A DNA stretch of 60,681 nucleotides, counting the filler, from Nemertoderma westbladi (Eukaryota; Animalia; Xenacoelomorpha): assembly GCA_032718475.1 (NCBI GenBank). It is 3 parts of 3 records of this genome, joined end to end, with 100 filler letters (N's around TTAATTAATTAA, not from the genome) between each part and the next. Parts side by side here need not be neighbours in the genome. Positions count along the whole stretch, not along the records: positions 1 to 22,397 come from JAUCBJ010008565.1; 2 more parts are not named here. One strand, written 5' to 3'. Under the pieces are notes generated by a model, which saw only the letters and a program-made list of their open reading frames with translations, was not told the DNA's origin and made no database searches. Positions within the stretch are counted from its first letter, which is position 1, and every line of letters begins with the position of its first letter. Both the position numbers and the translations under genes were made by a program. This document shows positions 1-11,800 of this stretch, one piece after another.

Positions 1-165
1 GAAGACATCTTAATTTGGTGGGTTAAACTGCCAAAGGTCTGAAAGCGCGAACATCCTACCCTACATTGTAACAATCTTTGTAATATATTCTACAGTTTAT
101 TGGAGGTCCTACCCTACATTGTAACAATCTCTATAGTTTATCTCGATCGGTTGTTTTGTTTTCAG

Positions 166-334
166 CGATGCTCTCAACATGTTGCAACCCGTTCCTATAC
201 GGATGGCTGAACAAGGAATTCAGAGAAGAATTCGCGAGATTTCCCTGCTGTCTTTGTATGAAATTCCGTCCGCATAGCACCGCTAGAGGGACAACATCCA
301 ACAGATATACTCTATCTTCGAGATTAACCTTTCG
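166..334 (+). CDS. Exon of a class A (rhodopsin-family) GPCR, TM7 + helix 8, neuropeptide Y/F receptor-like
   Basis: Translates AMLSTCCNPFLYGWLNKEFREEF..PCCLC (NPxxY motif, helix 8, possible palmitoylation cysteines). Preceded by polypyrimidine tract and AG at 164-165. Probable GT donor at 335; the frame otherwise stops at 380. The rest of the gene lies upstream of the window. Confidence 0.85.
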
Positions 335-718
335 GTTTGTAACCACTTATATTTATATTACTGGTGTACTTATCTGGTAGTAGTAATATATGTAACTGCA
401 TAGTTAAATATTTATAACAATATAGTGACTTTCGGATGCAAAAAAATAACCGCAACTTTACATACAGTATTTATTTCATTCAATGTAGTTATTTTTAAGT
501 GGTTGGGATGCAAAAACATTACCGTGTTATTGTTATGAAAATAACTAAATTGTTTTTTATTTCTAACCTATACTTTTAGCACGTATAAGGAGTGCATAAG
601 CATAAACTTTCAGTTTCATTATGAATAAGGCCAACTCTCTTACAGTCATGTCTGTCTGATGAATGGATAATAATATTCCACACCGTGTACTTACAATCCT
701 AAAACATTTTACTATATT

Positions 719-1064
719 CGGAAACAGTTTTTGATGAGGGAAATCTTAATAGAATAATGAACGATATCGCCAAAGAAATAATTCTCCACTTCATTTCAAA
801 TCAAATTAATATTAAATTAAACAATAACTTAGGCCTGTAATTTACTTAGGTAAAAATTTACTTAGGCCTGTATTTGTTGTACCGTTAATCCAGTATTAGA
901 ATAGGCAGTTGTTTTACTTACCCTGAAGATGGCTCTATTTTGAGTTGAAACGTTGGTTGATGTCTGTATGTCTTATTATGTATTTGTTATTGTTTAATTT
1001 AATATTAATTTTATTTGAAATGAAGTGGAGAATTATTTCTTTGGCGATATCGTTCATTATTATA
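719..1064 (+). mobile_element. Penelope-like element remnant (pLTR with inverted segment)
   Basis: 76-bp near-perfect inverted repeat (753-828 vs 986-1061) around a hammerhead-like core. Direct repeat ATTTTACTATATT at 706-718 and 1065-1077 is a possible target duplication. Confidence 0.5.
920..957 (+). ncRNA. Decayed minimal type I hammerhead ribozyme motif
   Basis: ACC-CTGAAGA-T-GGCTC-tatttt-GAGTT-GAAA-CG-TT-GGT. Core boxes present, 3-bp stem I, stem II with two G-U pairs, palindromic ACGT in place of stem III. Confidence 0.5.
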
Positions 1065-1677
1065 TTTTACTATATTATAATCACATTTTACTGTTATTAT
1101 TTTTAAAGGAATATTTAAATTAGTGTTGTTAAATTATTATTAATGTTTTGTCTAAACCATACCTTCATACATTGTTCGCCTTAAAATGGGAATTAAAATT
1201 TCAGAATTACTATGTAACTTACTTTTTTTCTATTGACTCAGAATTTATTATTCGAGCATGAAGAATTTTGATTTTGACACCCATGCCTTGTCTTGACAGA
1301 TAGTTTGCCTTTGCGAACCTTAGAGGAGGGAGAGACTTACATCGGATTAGGGCGCACGCCAGCTCATATGTTACTCTAAGTTGTTCTAATGTTGTCATTT
1401 CAGATATTTTTTTGACAGCATGATAGGCGAGGTGTTGAGAGAAAAATCCATTTGGGAATTAAAAAGTAGTATTAGTTAGGTATTTTGACAGTTTTTTTAC
1501 AGGATTTCTCAAAAACCGGGAACGATCAAAGGTTCATTATAAAATCCCGAAATCTTAAAAGACACCAGTAATGAGGAAAGAATACCAACCGTGGAACAAG
1601 TTCTCCAATAGCATTAGCACAGAAACATTTCTACAACAAAATGTATTGTGTGGTGCCGTATGGATTTAATCATTAAT

Positions 1678-1755
1678 GAATAATGGCTTCATACCACCGC
1701 GGTTGGCACCTTGACAGAATAATGGCTTCATACCACCGCGGTTGGCACTTTGACA
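1678..1755. repeat. 39-bp tandem duplication
   Basis: GAATAATGGCTTCATACCACCGCGGTTGGCAC(C/T)TTGACA twice. Confidence 0.85.
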
Positions 1756-1874
1756 CTTTGCAGTTATCACTTTTCTGATTTGAAGGAAAAATTGACTTCT
1801 CGGAGGATTCTAGAAATGTATTTTCTATATTTTAGGTTTTCGAGGAATTAAACGATTGGAAAGTAACTCGGATG

Positions 1875-3879
1875 GGCGCGCAGTGGAACCAATGCATCCA
1901 CTTAACGATAGAGGGCGCAGTGGAACCAATACCCCCATGTAACGATAGAGGGCGCAGTGGAACCAATGCACCCATGTAACGATAGAAGGCTCAGTGGAAC
2001 CAATGCACCCATGTAACGATAGAGGGCTCAGTGGAACGAATGCACCCATGTAACGATAGAGGGCGCAGTGGAACCAATGCACCCATGTAACGATAGAGGG
2101 CTCAGTGGAACCAATACCCCCATGTAACGATAGAGGGCTCAGTGGAACCAATGCAACCTTGTAACGATAGAGGGCGCAGAGGAACCAATGCACCCATGTA
2201 ACGATAGAGGGCTCAGTGGAACCAATACCCCCATGTAACGATAGAGGGCTCAGTGGAACCAATACCCCCATGTAACGATAGATGGCGCAGTGGAACCAAT
2301 GCACCCATGTAACGATAAATGGCGCAGTGGAACCAATGTACCCATGTAACGATAGAGGGCTCAGTGGAACCAATGCAACCTTGTAACGATAGAGGGCTCA
2401 GTGGAACCAATGCACCCATGTAACGATAGAGGGCTCAGTGGAACCAATACCCCCATGTAACGATAGAGGGCTCAGTGGAACCAATGCACCCATATAACGA
2501 TAGATGGCGCAGTGGAACCAATGCTCCCATGTAACGATAGAGGGCGTAGTGGAACCAATGCTCCCATGTAACGATAGAGGGCGTAGTGGAACCAATGCAC
2601 CCATGTAACGATAGAGGGCTCAGTGGAACCAATACCCCCATGTAACGATAGAGGGCTCAGTGGAACCAATGCACCCATGTAACGATAGAGGGCTCAGTGG
2701 AACCAATGCACCCATGTAACGATAGAGGGCTCAGTGGAACCAATACCCCCATGTAACGATAGAGGGCTCAGTGGAACCAATGCACCCATATAACGATAGA
2801 TGGCGCAGTGGAACCAATACCCCCATGTAACGATAGAGGGCTCAGTGGAACCAATGCACCCATATAACGATAGATGGCGCAGTGGAACCAATGCACCCAT
2901 GTAACGATAGAGGGCTCAGTGGAACCAATACCCCCATGTAACGATAGAGGGCTCAGTGGAACCAATGCACCCATATAACGATAGATGGCGCAGTGGAACC
3001 AATGCTCCCATGTAACGATAGAGGGCGTAGTGGAACCAATGCACCCATGTAACGATAGAGGGCTCAGTGGAACCAATACCCCCATGTAACGATAGAGGGC
3101 TCAGTGGAACCAATGCACCCATGTAACGATAGAGGGCTCAGTGGAACCAATACCCCCATGTAACGATAGAGGGCTCAGTGGAACCAATGCACCCATGTAA
3201 CGATAGAGGGCTCAGTGGAACCAATGCACCCATGTAACGATAGAGGGCTCAGTGGAACCAATACCCCCATGTAACGATAGAGGGCTCAGTGGAACCAATG
3301 CACCCATATAACGATAGATGGCGCAGTGGAACCAATACCCCCATGTAACGATAGAGGGCTCAGTGGAACCAATGCACCCATATAACGATAGATGGCGCAG
3401 TGGAACCAATGCACCCATGTAACGATAGAGGGCTCAGTGGAACCAATACCCCCATGTAACGATAGAGGGCTCAGTGGAACCAATGCACCCATATAACGAT
3501 AGATGGCGCAGTGGAACCAATGCTCCCATGTAACGATAGAGGGCGTAGTGGAACCAATGCACCCATGTAACGATAGAGGGCTCAGTGGAACCAATACCCC
3601 CATGTAACGATAGAGGGCTCAGTGGAACCAATGCACCCATGTAACGATAGAGGGCTCAGTGGAACCAATACCCCCATGTAACGATAGAGGGCTCAGTGGA
3701 ACCAATGCACCCATATAACGATAGATGGCGCAGTGGAACCAATGCTCCCATGTAACGATAGAGGGCGTAGTGGAACCAATGCACCCATGTAACGATAGAG
3801 GGCTCATTGGAACCAATGCACCCATGTAACGATATATGGCGCAGTGGAACCAATGTACCCATGTAACGATAGAGAGCGC
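1875..3879. repeat. 37-bp minisatellite, about 54 copies, with higher-order structure
   Basis: Unit CAGTGGAACCAATGCACCCATGTAACGATAGAGGGCT with a few recurrent variants. Identical ORF translations recur at a 518-bp offset (14 units), e.g. 2694/3212, 2768/3286, 2916/3434. Confidence 0.97.
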
Positions 3880-4336
3880 CTGTCCTCTATTACCTGTCCC
3901 ATGATTAATGTAAAAATGATACTATATGTGCATTAATTGTTAACAACTAATAGATGAATAATGAATATTGAATTAAATGTTGCCATTACTAAATAAATGT
4001 AAAATATATTTCGATGTATAAAATAATAATAATTGTTATTGTATTATCACAATTTAAATAAAGTTAATACACAAGAGCGGCTTATGATGTTATACTTTTT
4101 GATACTGAATTAATATTATTACTTAATGATAATATTAACCTATAAATTGGCTTATAGGCGCCGTGCGGTGGATTAGTGTTGTAAATTACACTTATAACCT
4201 CAGGTAGGCCTATTGTATCTCGTGACAGTGACAGCGACAGGTGTGATAGTGACAGGTGATGTCAGCTGCTGTTAGGATAATGACTATGTGGCCAGTTTGG
4301 AATGTTATAGGAATTGTAACTTATACTGTAAAGTGA

Positions 4337-5170
4337 ATGTAAAATGGCACTTGGAGTAGGCCTAGACCTACAGTGTGTATCAATTTGTAAAATACCACTT
4401 GGAGTAGGCCTAGACCTACAGTGTGTGCCAGTATGTAAAATACCACATGGAGTAGGCCTAGACCTACAGTGTGTGTCAATATGTAAAATAGCACTTGGAG
4501 TAGGCCTAGAGATACAGTGTGTGCCAGTATGTAAAATAGCACTTGGAGTAGGCCTAGAGATACAGTGTGTGCCAGTATGTAAAATAGCACTTGGAGTAGG
4601 CCTAGAGATACAGTGTGTGCCAGTATGTAAAATAGCACTTGGAGTACGCCTAGACCTACAGTGTGTGTCAATATGTAAAATACCACTTGAAGTAGGCCTA
4701 GACCTACAGTGTGTGTCAATTTGTAAAATACCACTTGCAGTAGGCCTAGACCTATAGTGTGTGTCAGTATGTAAAATAGCACTTGGAGTACGCCTAGACC
4801 TACAGTGTGTGCCAGTATGTAAAATAGCAGTTGGAGTAGGCCTAGACCTACAGTGTGTGCCAGTATGTAAAATACCACTTGGAGTAGGCCTAGACCTACA
4901 GTGTGTGTCAATATGTAAAATAGCACTTGGAGTAGGCCTAGAGATACAGTGTGTGCCAGTATGTAAAATAGCACTTGGAGTAGGCCTAGAGATACAGTGT
5001 GTGCCAGTATGTAAAATAGCACTTGGAGTACGCCTAGACCTACAGTGTGTGTCAATATGTAAAATACCACTTGAAGTAGGCCTAGACCTACAGTGTGTGT
5101 CAATTTGTAAAATACCACTTGCAGTAGGCCTAGACCTATAGTGTGTGTCAATTTGTAAAATAGCACTTGG
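4337..5170. repeat. 48-bp minisatellite, about 17 copies
   Basis: Unit GTAAAATAGCACTTGGAGTAGGCCTAGACCTACAGTGTGTGCCAGTAT; gives a 16-aa periodicity in the ORF track. Confidence 0.97.
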
Positions 5171-5214
5171 TGTTTGTAGAACCCCTAAAGGTCTAACTAC
5201 ACAGCAGCTTTTTA

Positions 5215-5575
5215 GGCTAAAGTGCTAACTTTTTTAAAGTGCTAACATAAAGTGCTAACCAAACCTGCCAAATGAATTCTAAAGACATGATTGGTGCAAA
5301 TTTGCTTTCAGTTTGGCTGTTAGCACTTTAAAGGTTTTGCAAACTCGGACATGTGTATGTGTAAATTGCGATGCGCCCCCTAGCGTCTCATGTGTGTATC
5401 ACTATATTGGCTGAATCCTCTGTAGTGCTAACTTTGTGTGTAAATGTTAGCAGTATAATATTATAAAAATAAAGTTACTATAGTGCTAACTGCACTGTGT
5501 AAATGTTAGCAGTAAAATATTTTAAGAGTAAATTGAATATAGTGCTAACCTAAGTGTGAAAATTTTGGCAGTTAT
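5215..5575. repeat. Cluster of AGTGCTAAC/GTTAGCA motifs, including a degenerate ~59-bp triplication
   Basis: AGTGCTAAC at about 5221, 5238, 5251, 5424, 5482 and 5541, with inverted GTTAGCA partners. Resembles subterminal repeats of a DNA transposon. Confidence 0.55.
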
Positions 5576-5879
5576 AATGAACAAAAATCACATAATGAAA
5601 ATATATAAAAGTTAAACTGTTTTTGGGACGATGAAAAAGGCAATTGAAAATCATTGAATTACTATAAATATCGTTTTAGGACTCTACGTAGGTACAATAC
5701 TGTATGACAAAATAAACAAGTAACCATCACTTTTTGCACTTTGAGATGTCCAGTTCCTTTTTTTATTCATTCCGTTGGATTCAGAACAGATGATTTTCAA
5801 TTGGTGCTCAAATTTGGTACTAACACCAAAATTTAACACCAGAATAATAACAAGTTTCAAATCTCTAGTACATTTTTCC

Positions 5880-8395
5880 AGCAAGTCTGCATCAATCACC
5901 TACATCGCCCTGGGTCTATAGCAATAGTGTTAACCGAAATTCTGTCCATCTTCAGGATTTTATCTCTGGAAATGGATTGTTTTCGGCTGGAACCCAGTTC
6001 AAGAAGCGAACTGGAAAGCTATGGACTCATAGTGGACCCAGTGGTCACAAGTCCCAGATAGACCATATTCTGTTTCGTAGGAAATACAGGAGCTCTATAC
6101 AAGACTGTAATGCATTTACACTTCGACCCTTCTCTAGTGATCACCGCCTTATTGTGGCCAAGGTAAGACTTAGTCTGCGTGCTAGCAGAACAACGAAATC
6201 TGCCTTGCCACGGCATGACTGGTCCTCTCTGTTGCAACAGCCAAGTGTGAGATCCAGCTTCACACTACAGCTGAGCAACAGGTATGAGGCTCTTGCCTCT
6301 GAGGCGGCAGATCACTGTGAGGGCTATACTGCCTTTACAGAAGCAGTTAAGTTAGCAGCTGCAGAAACAGTTCCTGTATACCCTCGAAACAGGAAAAGGG
6401 CCCCCTGGACTGACAACAAAATTCAGAAGTGCCGAAATGACCTTCATAAGGCGCAGAAAGAGTCCCGACTCAAACAGACTGCAGCGGCCAAGAATGCAGT
6501 TAAAGCTGCATCTAGGTCCCTGAACAGGCAGTACTCTGTTAATCTACAGGAGCTAATAAACCAACAGGTTGATGCCATCAATGATGCTGACGACAGCAGG
6601 CAATCATCCCAGGCATGGAAATCGATCAATCTGCTTACTGGGCGGAAAAGCCAACCAACCACCAAGGTTAAGGCTGAATCACCAGCCGATCGCCTCAATG
6701 GTTGGAAAGCCCACTTTGAAAAGCTCCTCAATAATGACAGGGTATTGCCTGATAACTTTATAGAAGTAAAAGTGTCTGAGTCTGTACTCCCAGATATTCC
6801 CATTGGCGATATCTCCTTTGCAGAAGTGAAGGCTGCTGCAAAGAGCATTAAGACCAATCGTGCCAGTGGAGTAGATGGTGTTCCCCCTGAGGTCTTTAAA
6901 ATACCTGAGTGTTTAAAGCTCATCTATCCCATCATAGTAGACATGTACCGTACAACAAGAGTCCCACAAGAAATGAAAACAAATAAGTTGGTGCCAGTTC
7001 CCAAGAAGGGCAACCTAACACTCTATGGTTCTTTTCGGGGAATCTCATTGATCTCGATTGCTGCAAAACTATACAATAGAATTCTATTAAATCGCATCAG
7101 GGATCCCATTGAGAGACTGCTACGTGGAAATCAGAATGGGTTCCGTAAAGGTCGTGGGACCATGGAGCCCATTTTGGCACTTAGAAGGATAATTGAAGAG
7201 TTATCAAAAAAGAAAGACAGGCATCTGGCTGTTATCTTTGTTGACTTCTTCAAGGCCTTTGATTCAGTCTCTCGCTCACGTATGTTCAGCATACTTTCAT
7301 TATATGGGATTCCTGATGAAATTATTGCAGCAATCAGATCAGTATACGATGGTTCGACAACATTTGTGTCTACTGTTGATGGTGACACAGAACCATTTGA
7401 AGTGTTATGGGGCGTCCTCCAAGGAGACACACTTGCACCATTCTTGTTCATTATTGTGGTTGACTATGTTCTACGCATGTCCTTAGATCATCATAATGAT
7501 GATGGGGTGATGATAACTCCACCTACTGGCTCCAGAAGTCGAGGAAATCCTGCCAAGTACCTAACTGATCTAGACTTTGCTGATGACTTAGGAGTACTCT
7601 CAGAATCATTAGAGGGAGCCCAGCGGCTCCTCAGCTCATTAGAACATGCTGCTTCTAGTGTTGGTCTTTTTATTAACTCCAGAAAGACCAAAATTCTGAC
7701 AGTTAACTTTGAAAGTCCTCAGCAAGTCTCTGATCGGATGAGCATAAGCTCAAAGGATGGTATGCTTGAGCATGTGGACGACTTCTGTTACCTGGGATCA
7801 TGGATCCGGAAGTCAGGTGAGGACCTTCGAATACGTAAGGGAAAGGCATGGGCAGCCTTGAATAGGCTTTCCAGGATTTGGAAGTCACCTAGAATTAATC
7901 GGAAACTTAAGGTCCGATTATTCAGAGCAGCAGTAGTTCCAGTACTCCTCTACGGGAGTCCATGCTGGGCTCTAACTGCTGAGGACACCAAATCTCTGGA
8001 TGGCACATTCACAAGAATGCTACGCCGGGTACATTGTGTCAAGTACAATGCACACATCTCCAACCAGACACTATATAACATTGGAGGTGTCTCATTGGTT
8101 CCCCCAAGCTTGACACTAGAACAAAATCGCCTCCGCTTTGCAGGACATTGCTTTCGCCGTGAGGACCAGCCAGTGCATAATCTTGTACTTTGGCAGCCTC
8201 ATGGAGTGAATAAGCATGGTGGACAGCCCATGACTTTCTTGAGACGCATCTTAAAGGACACTGGCCTTAAAGATGCGGATGATCTAGCAAATGTCATGGG
8301 TGATAGGGAGTTGTGGCGGTGCAATTTTGTTGACAAGCCGGCACAGCATTCTTAAAAATGCAGCTGCAATGCAGCATGCCGATCCTAGTAGTAGT
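5880..8395 (+). mobile_element. 5'-truncated RTE-clade non-LTR retrotransposon (family A) with (TAG)n tail and 154-bp flanking direct repeats
   Basis: Identical flanks at 5726-5879 and 8396-8549. 3' end GATCCTAGTAGTAGT and very short 3' UTR. The open frame begins inside the APE domain. Confidence 0.95.
5977..8355 (+). CDS. RTE-type reverse transcriptase with the C-terminal part of the AP endonuclease (N-truncated)
   Basis: APE motifs SQIDHIL and SDHRL; RT motifs QNGFRKGR, FVDFFKAFDSV, GVLQGDTLAPFLF, LDFADD, YLGS; RTE-like C-terminus RLRFAGHCFR. 792 uninterrupted codons. Confidence 0.95.
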   Translation: MFSAGTQFKKRTGKLWTHSGPSGHKSQIDHILFRRKYRSSIQDCNAFTLRPFSSDHRLIVAKVRLSLRASRTTKSALPRHDWSSLLQQPSVRSSFTLQLSNRYEALASEAADHCEGYTAFTEAVKLAAAETVPVYPRNRKRAPWTDNKIQKCRNDLHKAQKESRLKQTAAAKNAVKAASRSLNRQYSVNLQELINQQVDAINDADDSRQSSQAWKSINLLTGRKSQPTTKVKAESPADRLNGWKAHFEKLLNNDRVLPDNFIEVKVSESVLPDIPIGDISFAEVKAAAKSIKTNRASGVDGVPPEVFKIPECLKLIYPIIVDMYRTTRVPQEMKTNKLVPVPKKGNLTLYGSFRGISLISIAAKLYNRILLNRIRDPIERLLRGNQNGFRKGRGTMEPILALRRIIEELSKKKDRHLAVIFVDFFKAFDSVSRSRMFSILSLYGIPDEIIAAIRSVYDGSTTFVSTVDGDTEPFEVLWGVLQGDTLAPFLFIIVVDYVLRMSLDHHNDDGVMITPPTGSRSRGNPAKYLTDLDFADDLGVLSESLEGAQRLLSSLEHAASSVGLFINSRKTKILTVNFESPQQVSDRMSISSKDGMLEHVDDFCYLGSWIRKSGEDLRIRKGKAWAALNRLSRIWKSPRINRKLKVRLFRAAVVPVLLYGSPCWALTAEDTKSLDGTFTRMLRRVHCVKYNAHISNQTLYNIGGVSLVPPSLTLEQNRLRFAGHCFRREDQPVHNLVLWQPHGVNKHGGQPMTFLRRILKDTGLKDADDLANVMGDRELWRCNFVDKPAQHS

Positions 8396-8549
8396 ATCAC
8401 TTTTTGCACTTTGAGATGTCCAGTTCCTTTTTTTATTCATTCCGTTGGATTCAGAACAGATGATTTTCAATTGGTGCTCAAATTTGGTACTAACACCAAA
8501 ATTTAACACCAGAATAATAACAAGTTTCAAATCTCTAGTACATTTTTCC

Positions 8550-8749
8550 GAAGAATTCTGAACCCCCCAAGTCCGTGGACAAAAAATAGAGATGACGGTA
8601 TGGTACAATTCATAAGTTCTATATCTTGAAAAGGTTTTTTTTTTGAAAAGTTGTAAGTTCAGATTCCGAACTCTGTTTGATTGAGAAACATAATTGATAA
8701 AACCACGGGTCGTATTACCCCCCACATCCTCCGGGTTTAATAGGGTTAA
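8550..8749. mobile_element. Possible piggyBac-like non-autonomous element end, interrupted by the RTE
   Basis: Ends ...CCGGGTTTAATAGGG-TTAA. No partner terminus seen. Confidence 0.3.
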
Positions 8750-8883
8750 GTATGATGGCTTAATAACATTTATTGATATTATTCAGAGTCGAATACTAAA
8801 CTTCATGTGACTGACATGGTAATTTTGATAACAATAATAGGCAGTATTTATTTTTATCACGTTACAGTTAATGGTTAATTAAT

Positions 8884-11800
8884 TTATCTTTTACGTTTCC
8901 TGATTCGGTTATATATTTGATGGTAAATATGCCGCCATGGGATACTACCAAGAATAGTGTGCTCTCTTTGAATTTGCTCTATTTCCTCCTTTTTGGGCGG
9001 CGTCATATTAAGTAGGTTTTTCTCAAAGCACCTCTCTATTGTCTTTAACTCTTTCTTGGACCAATTTCGCTTTTCCATCGGTTTTGATTTCACCCTACGC
9101 TTCTTTGTAGACCTAGGCAACTTCTCTTTTTGGCAACCATCATTCAACATAGGCGATATATTCTCTTCTCCAACACCACTGGTAACCCCAACCTATTTAT
9201 AGAAAAATAAGATTATTCAAATCTAATTAGAAAGCAAGCAAAGCAAAAGCAAGACTTGATTAGAAAGACTATAACAAAACTCATCCTTAATATCATTGTA
9301 ATGGTAAGTGCGAAACTATATTATATGATTTTCTAAGGTATCCTCTGGGTTTCAAAATTTTAATATTTTTTAACTGAAGTGAATTTTTGTCTGGTTTTAA
9401 ATTTTTAAAGAACCAATAATTGCTTCTGACTGAGATCGTTAAATTTGTTAATATTGTATTAGTTTCAAATATTTTCTATTAAATCTTCTATCAATTTATA
9501 TTTTCTTAGTGATACAATCTTTCTGACAGTGCACCAATTCCAATTATATTAGTATTACCAACCTCCCTCTCGAATTCATTTAGGACATCATATTCATCTA
9601 CATTTATCTTTCCGTCTTCCTCGCGATCTATACTGTGAACTATACTTGGAACCTCTTCAGTTTCATCAGGTATCTCTTCTCCATTTCGAACCTGTTCGTC
9701 TTCATCCTCTATATCGGACAACACATCTTCTAATGAGATTTCTGTCATCTTTTTACCAGCGGATTTGTTTAGTTTTCCTTTACTAATGGCGAGCATGACT
9801 TTCGATATTTGGCTGATTTCAATGACATTGTCGTGGAGTCTGTAAACTTGTTGGTGTATCATGGGTGAGTGCCCCAAATGTCGGCTCAGCCAATCTTTCT
9901 CATTTTCATCTAAGTTTAATAATTGGCAGACAGTGGCGCAGTACTTTCTTAATATTGTGCTTCTGATCAATTCAGGTTGTTTTAATTCATAACGATAAGC
10001 ATATTTGTGCAATATATCCAGCCCTCTTATTGGATTAGCGCCAGTAGACTTGAAGACATATTCATTGTCATCCAAATTCTCGCAAAGGTACAGCAACAGA
10101 ATTCGTACCTGTGGTGTTATTAGGATCGGAACTGGTCTTCCTTGCTTCCCCAATATTGTTATCGTGCCAATCCGTTTAATAAGCTGTTTTTCAATGTCTG
10201 ATAATTTGGAGATAACCTCCTTGGGTGTTTGAGCAGTGGGGTCCCTATTTAGACCATTTAAGACTGTGTGGCATTTAATGCCACCTGGTTCACTAGCTCG
10301 CTTGCTGTTGAAGATGATAATTTGAGCAAGAACTATCTCCTGCGTATGTCTATAATTTCGACATTCTTTATCCATGGACGATATTTTAAGAATATCTTCA
10401 TTGACTCGTTTGTGAAATAATACAATATCTTCAGTTAGTGGTATGGTTTGAACTTTATTAAACCGTTCTTTTATAATTCCATGCCGGGCACGCCGCGACA
10501 CTATAGACCCCCATTCCTTCTCATACAGCGTCAAGAAATCAGTTGACCGTGTTTGCATCATAGTATTGTTTGTTTTGATTGCATTACAATGAATCACACC
10601 AGCGAGGGCCTTTAAGTTATAACCGATTTTCAGCTGTGTGGCCTTTACAAAGTTTAAAGTAACACAATCAGAGACCCTATCAAAATTTGCAGGATTTATC
10701 ATATCCTGCGCCTGGAATCGAAAATTATCTCTTTGCAGTAAGTTCAACAACCGAGCCAAGCGTCTTAAGGTCTGTTGGGAAGATGAAAGACTCTCATCAC
10801 CATCTCTTCTTCTCTTTAGAAAAAATTTAGCCAACTCGACAAATGATGTGTCACTCTTGAGTATATCAAGTATTACATCCTGGCGCATACTGGCATATAA
10901 GGAGCGAAGTTCACTGCTCTCATCAAACTGGACCATATCTAAAGCGCGACCAGCGATTAAGGATCCCACATGAGATGCACCAGCAGGTTTTAATGTACAT
11001 TTTTTCGAATGCAGACTCAGCTGATGAGAACGAAAAGAGGCTTTACAAAATGGGCAACTTGTTACTTGATCTGTACTTGTGGATTGTATTATTGCGTTTG
11101 AATTTTTTATATGACCATCTCGCCTTTTTACAGCAATGATTCCTGCCCCATGCTTTCGCACACTGTTATTATGCTTGAAATTACCCTCATTGCGAAGAAG
11201 CTCAATAATATCCTGTCTTTTCTTGAAAAGTGTTTGCTCAGCTAAAGAGAATTGCTTTCTCTTTTTCTTGAATTCAATTCCTTTATCAATATCAATTAAT
11301 TGATTAACATGCGACTCTTCACTATGTATTTGCTTAAAATGTCTTACCAGGTTAGTCTGTGGAAGAGTACAATAGCGACAATACTGCACTTTAACACCTC
11401 GATTGGATAAAACACTATCTACACAGATGGCGGCTGGTTCTTCAGAAACGTAAGATGTCATTTTAGGTTTGGTTAAAATCATTTCAGCTGGAATGGATAA
11501 TTCGCGACCACTCCATGAGAGGAACTGCGCCAGTTCTATATCCTCGCCACCAGCACCCTCCTTGTAGTGCTCCAGTTCTATATCCCCGCCACCAGAACCC
11601 TCCTTGTAGTGCTCCAGTTCTATATCCCCGCCACCAGCACCCTCCTTGTAGTGCTCCAGTTCTATATCCCCGCCACCGGAACCCTCCTTGTAGTGCTCCA
11701 GTTCTATATCTCCGCCACCGGAACCCTCCTTGTAGTGCTCCAGTTCTATATCCACGGCACCGGCAACCTCCTTGTAGTGCTCCAGTTCTATATCCCCGCC

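Noticed and set aside
1404-1620. Further GPCR exons after AG at ~1403 and ~1502
   Set aside because: Plausible acceptors, but the translations are short and non-diagnostic; cannot be supported without cDNA.
1875-3879. 37-bp repeat as a CRISPR array
   Set aside because: Units are contiguous with no unique spacers, there are no cas genes, and the context is eukaryotic.
1825-5166. Many ORFs over the 37-bp and 48-bp arrays, including a hydrophobic 281-aa ORF
   Set aside because: Products of stop-free tandem repeats; no unique domain or convincing start.
5726-8549. 154-bp direct repeats as LTRs
   Set aside because: The interior is an APE-RT non-LTR element with a (TAG)n tail; no TG..CA ends, PBS or PPT. 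A target duplication fits better.
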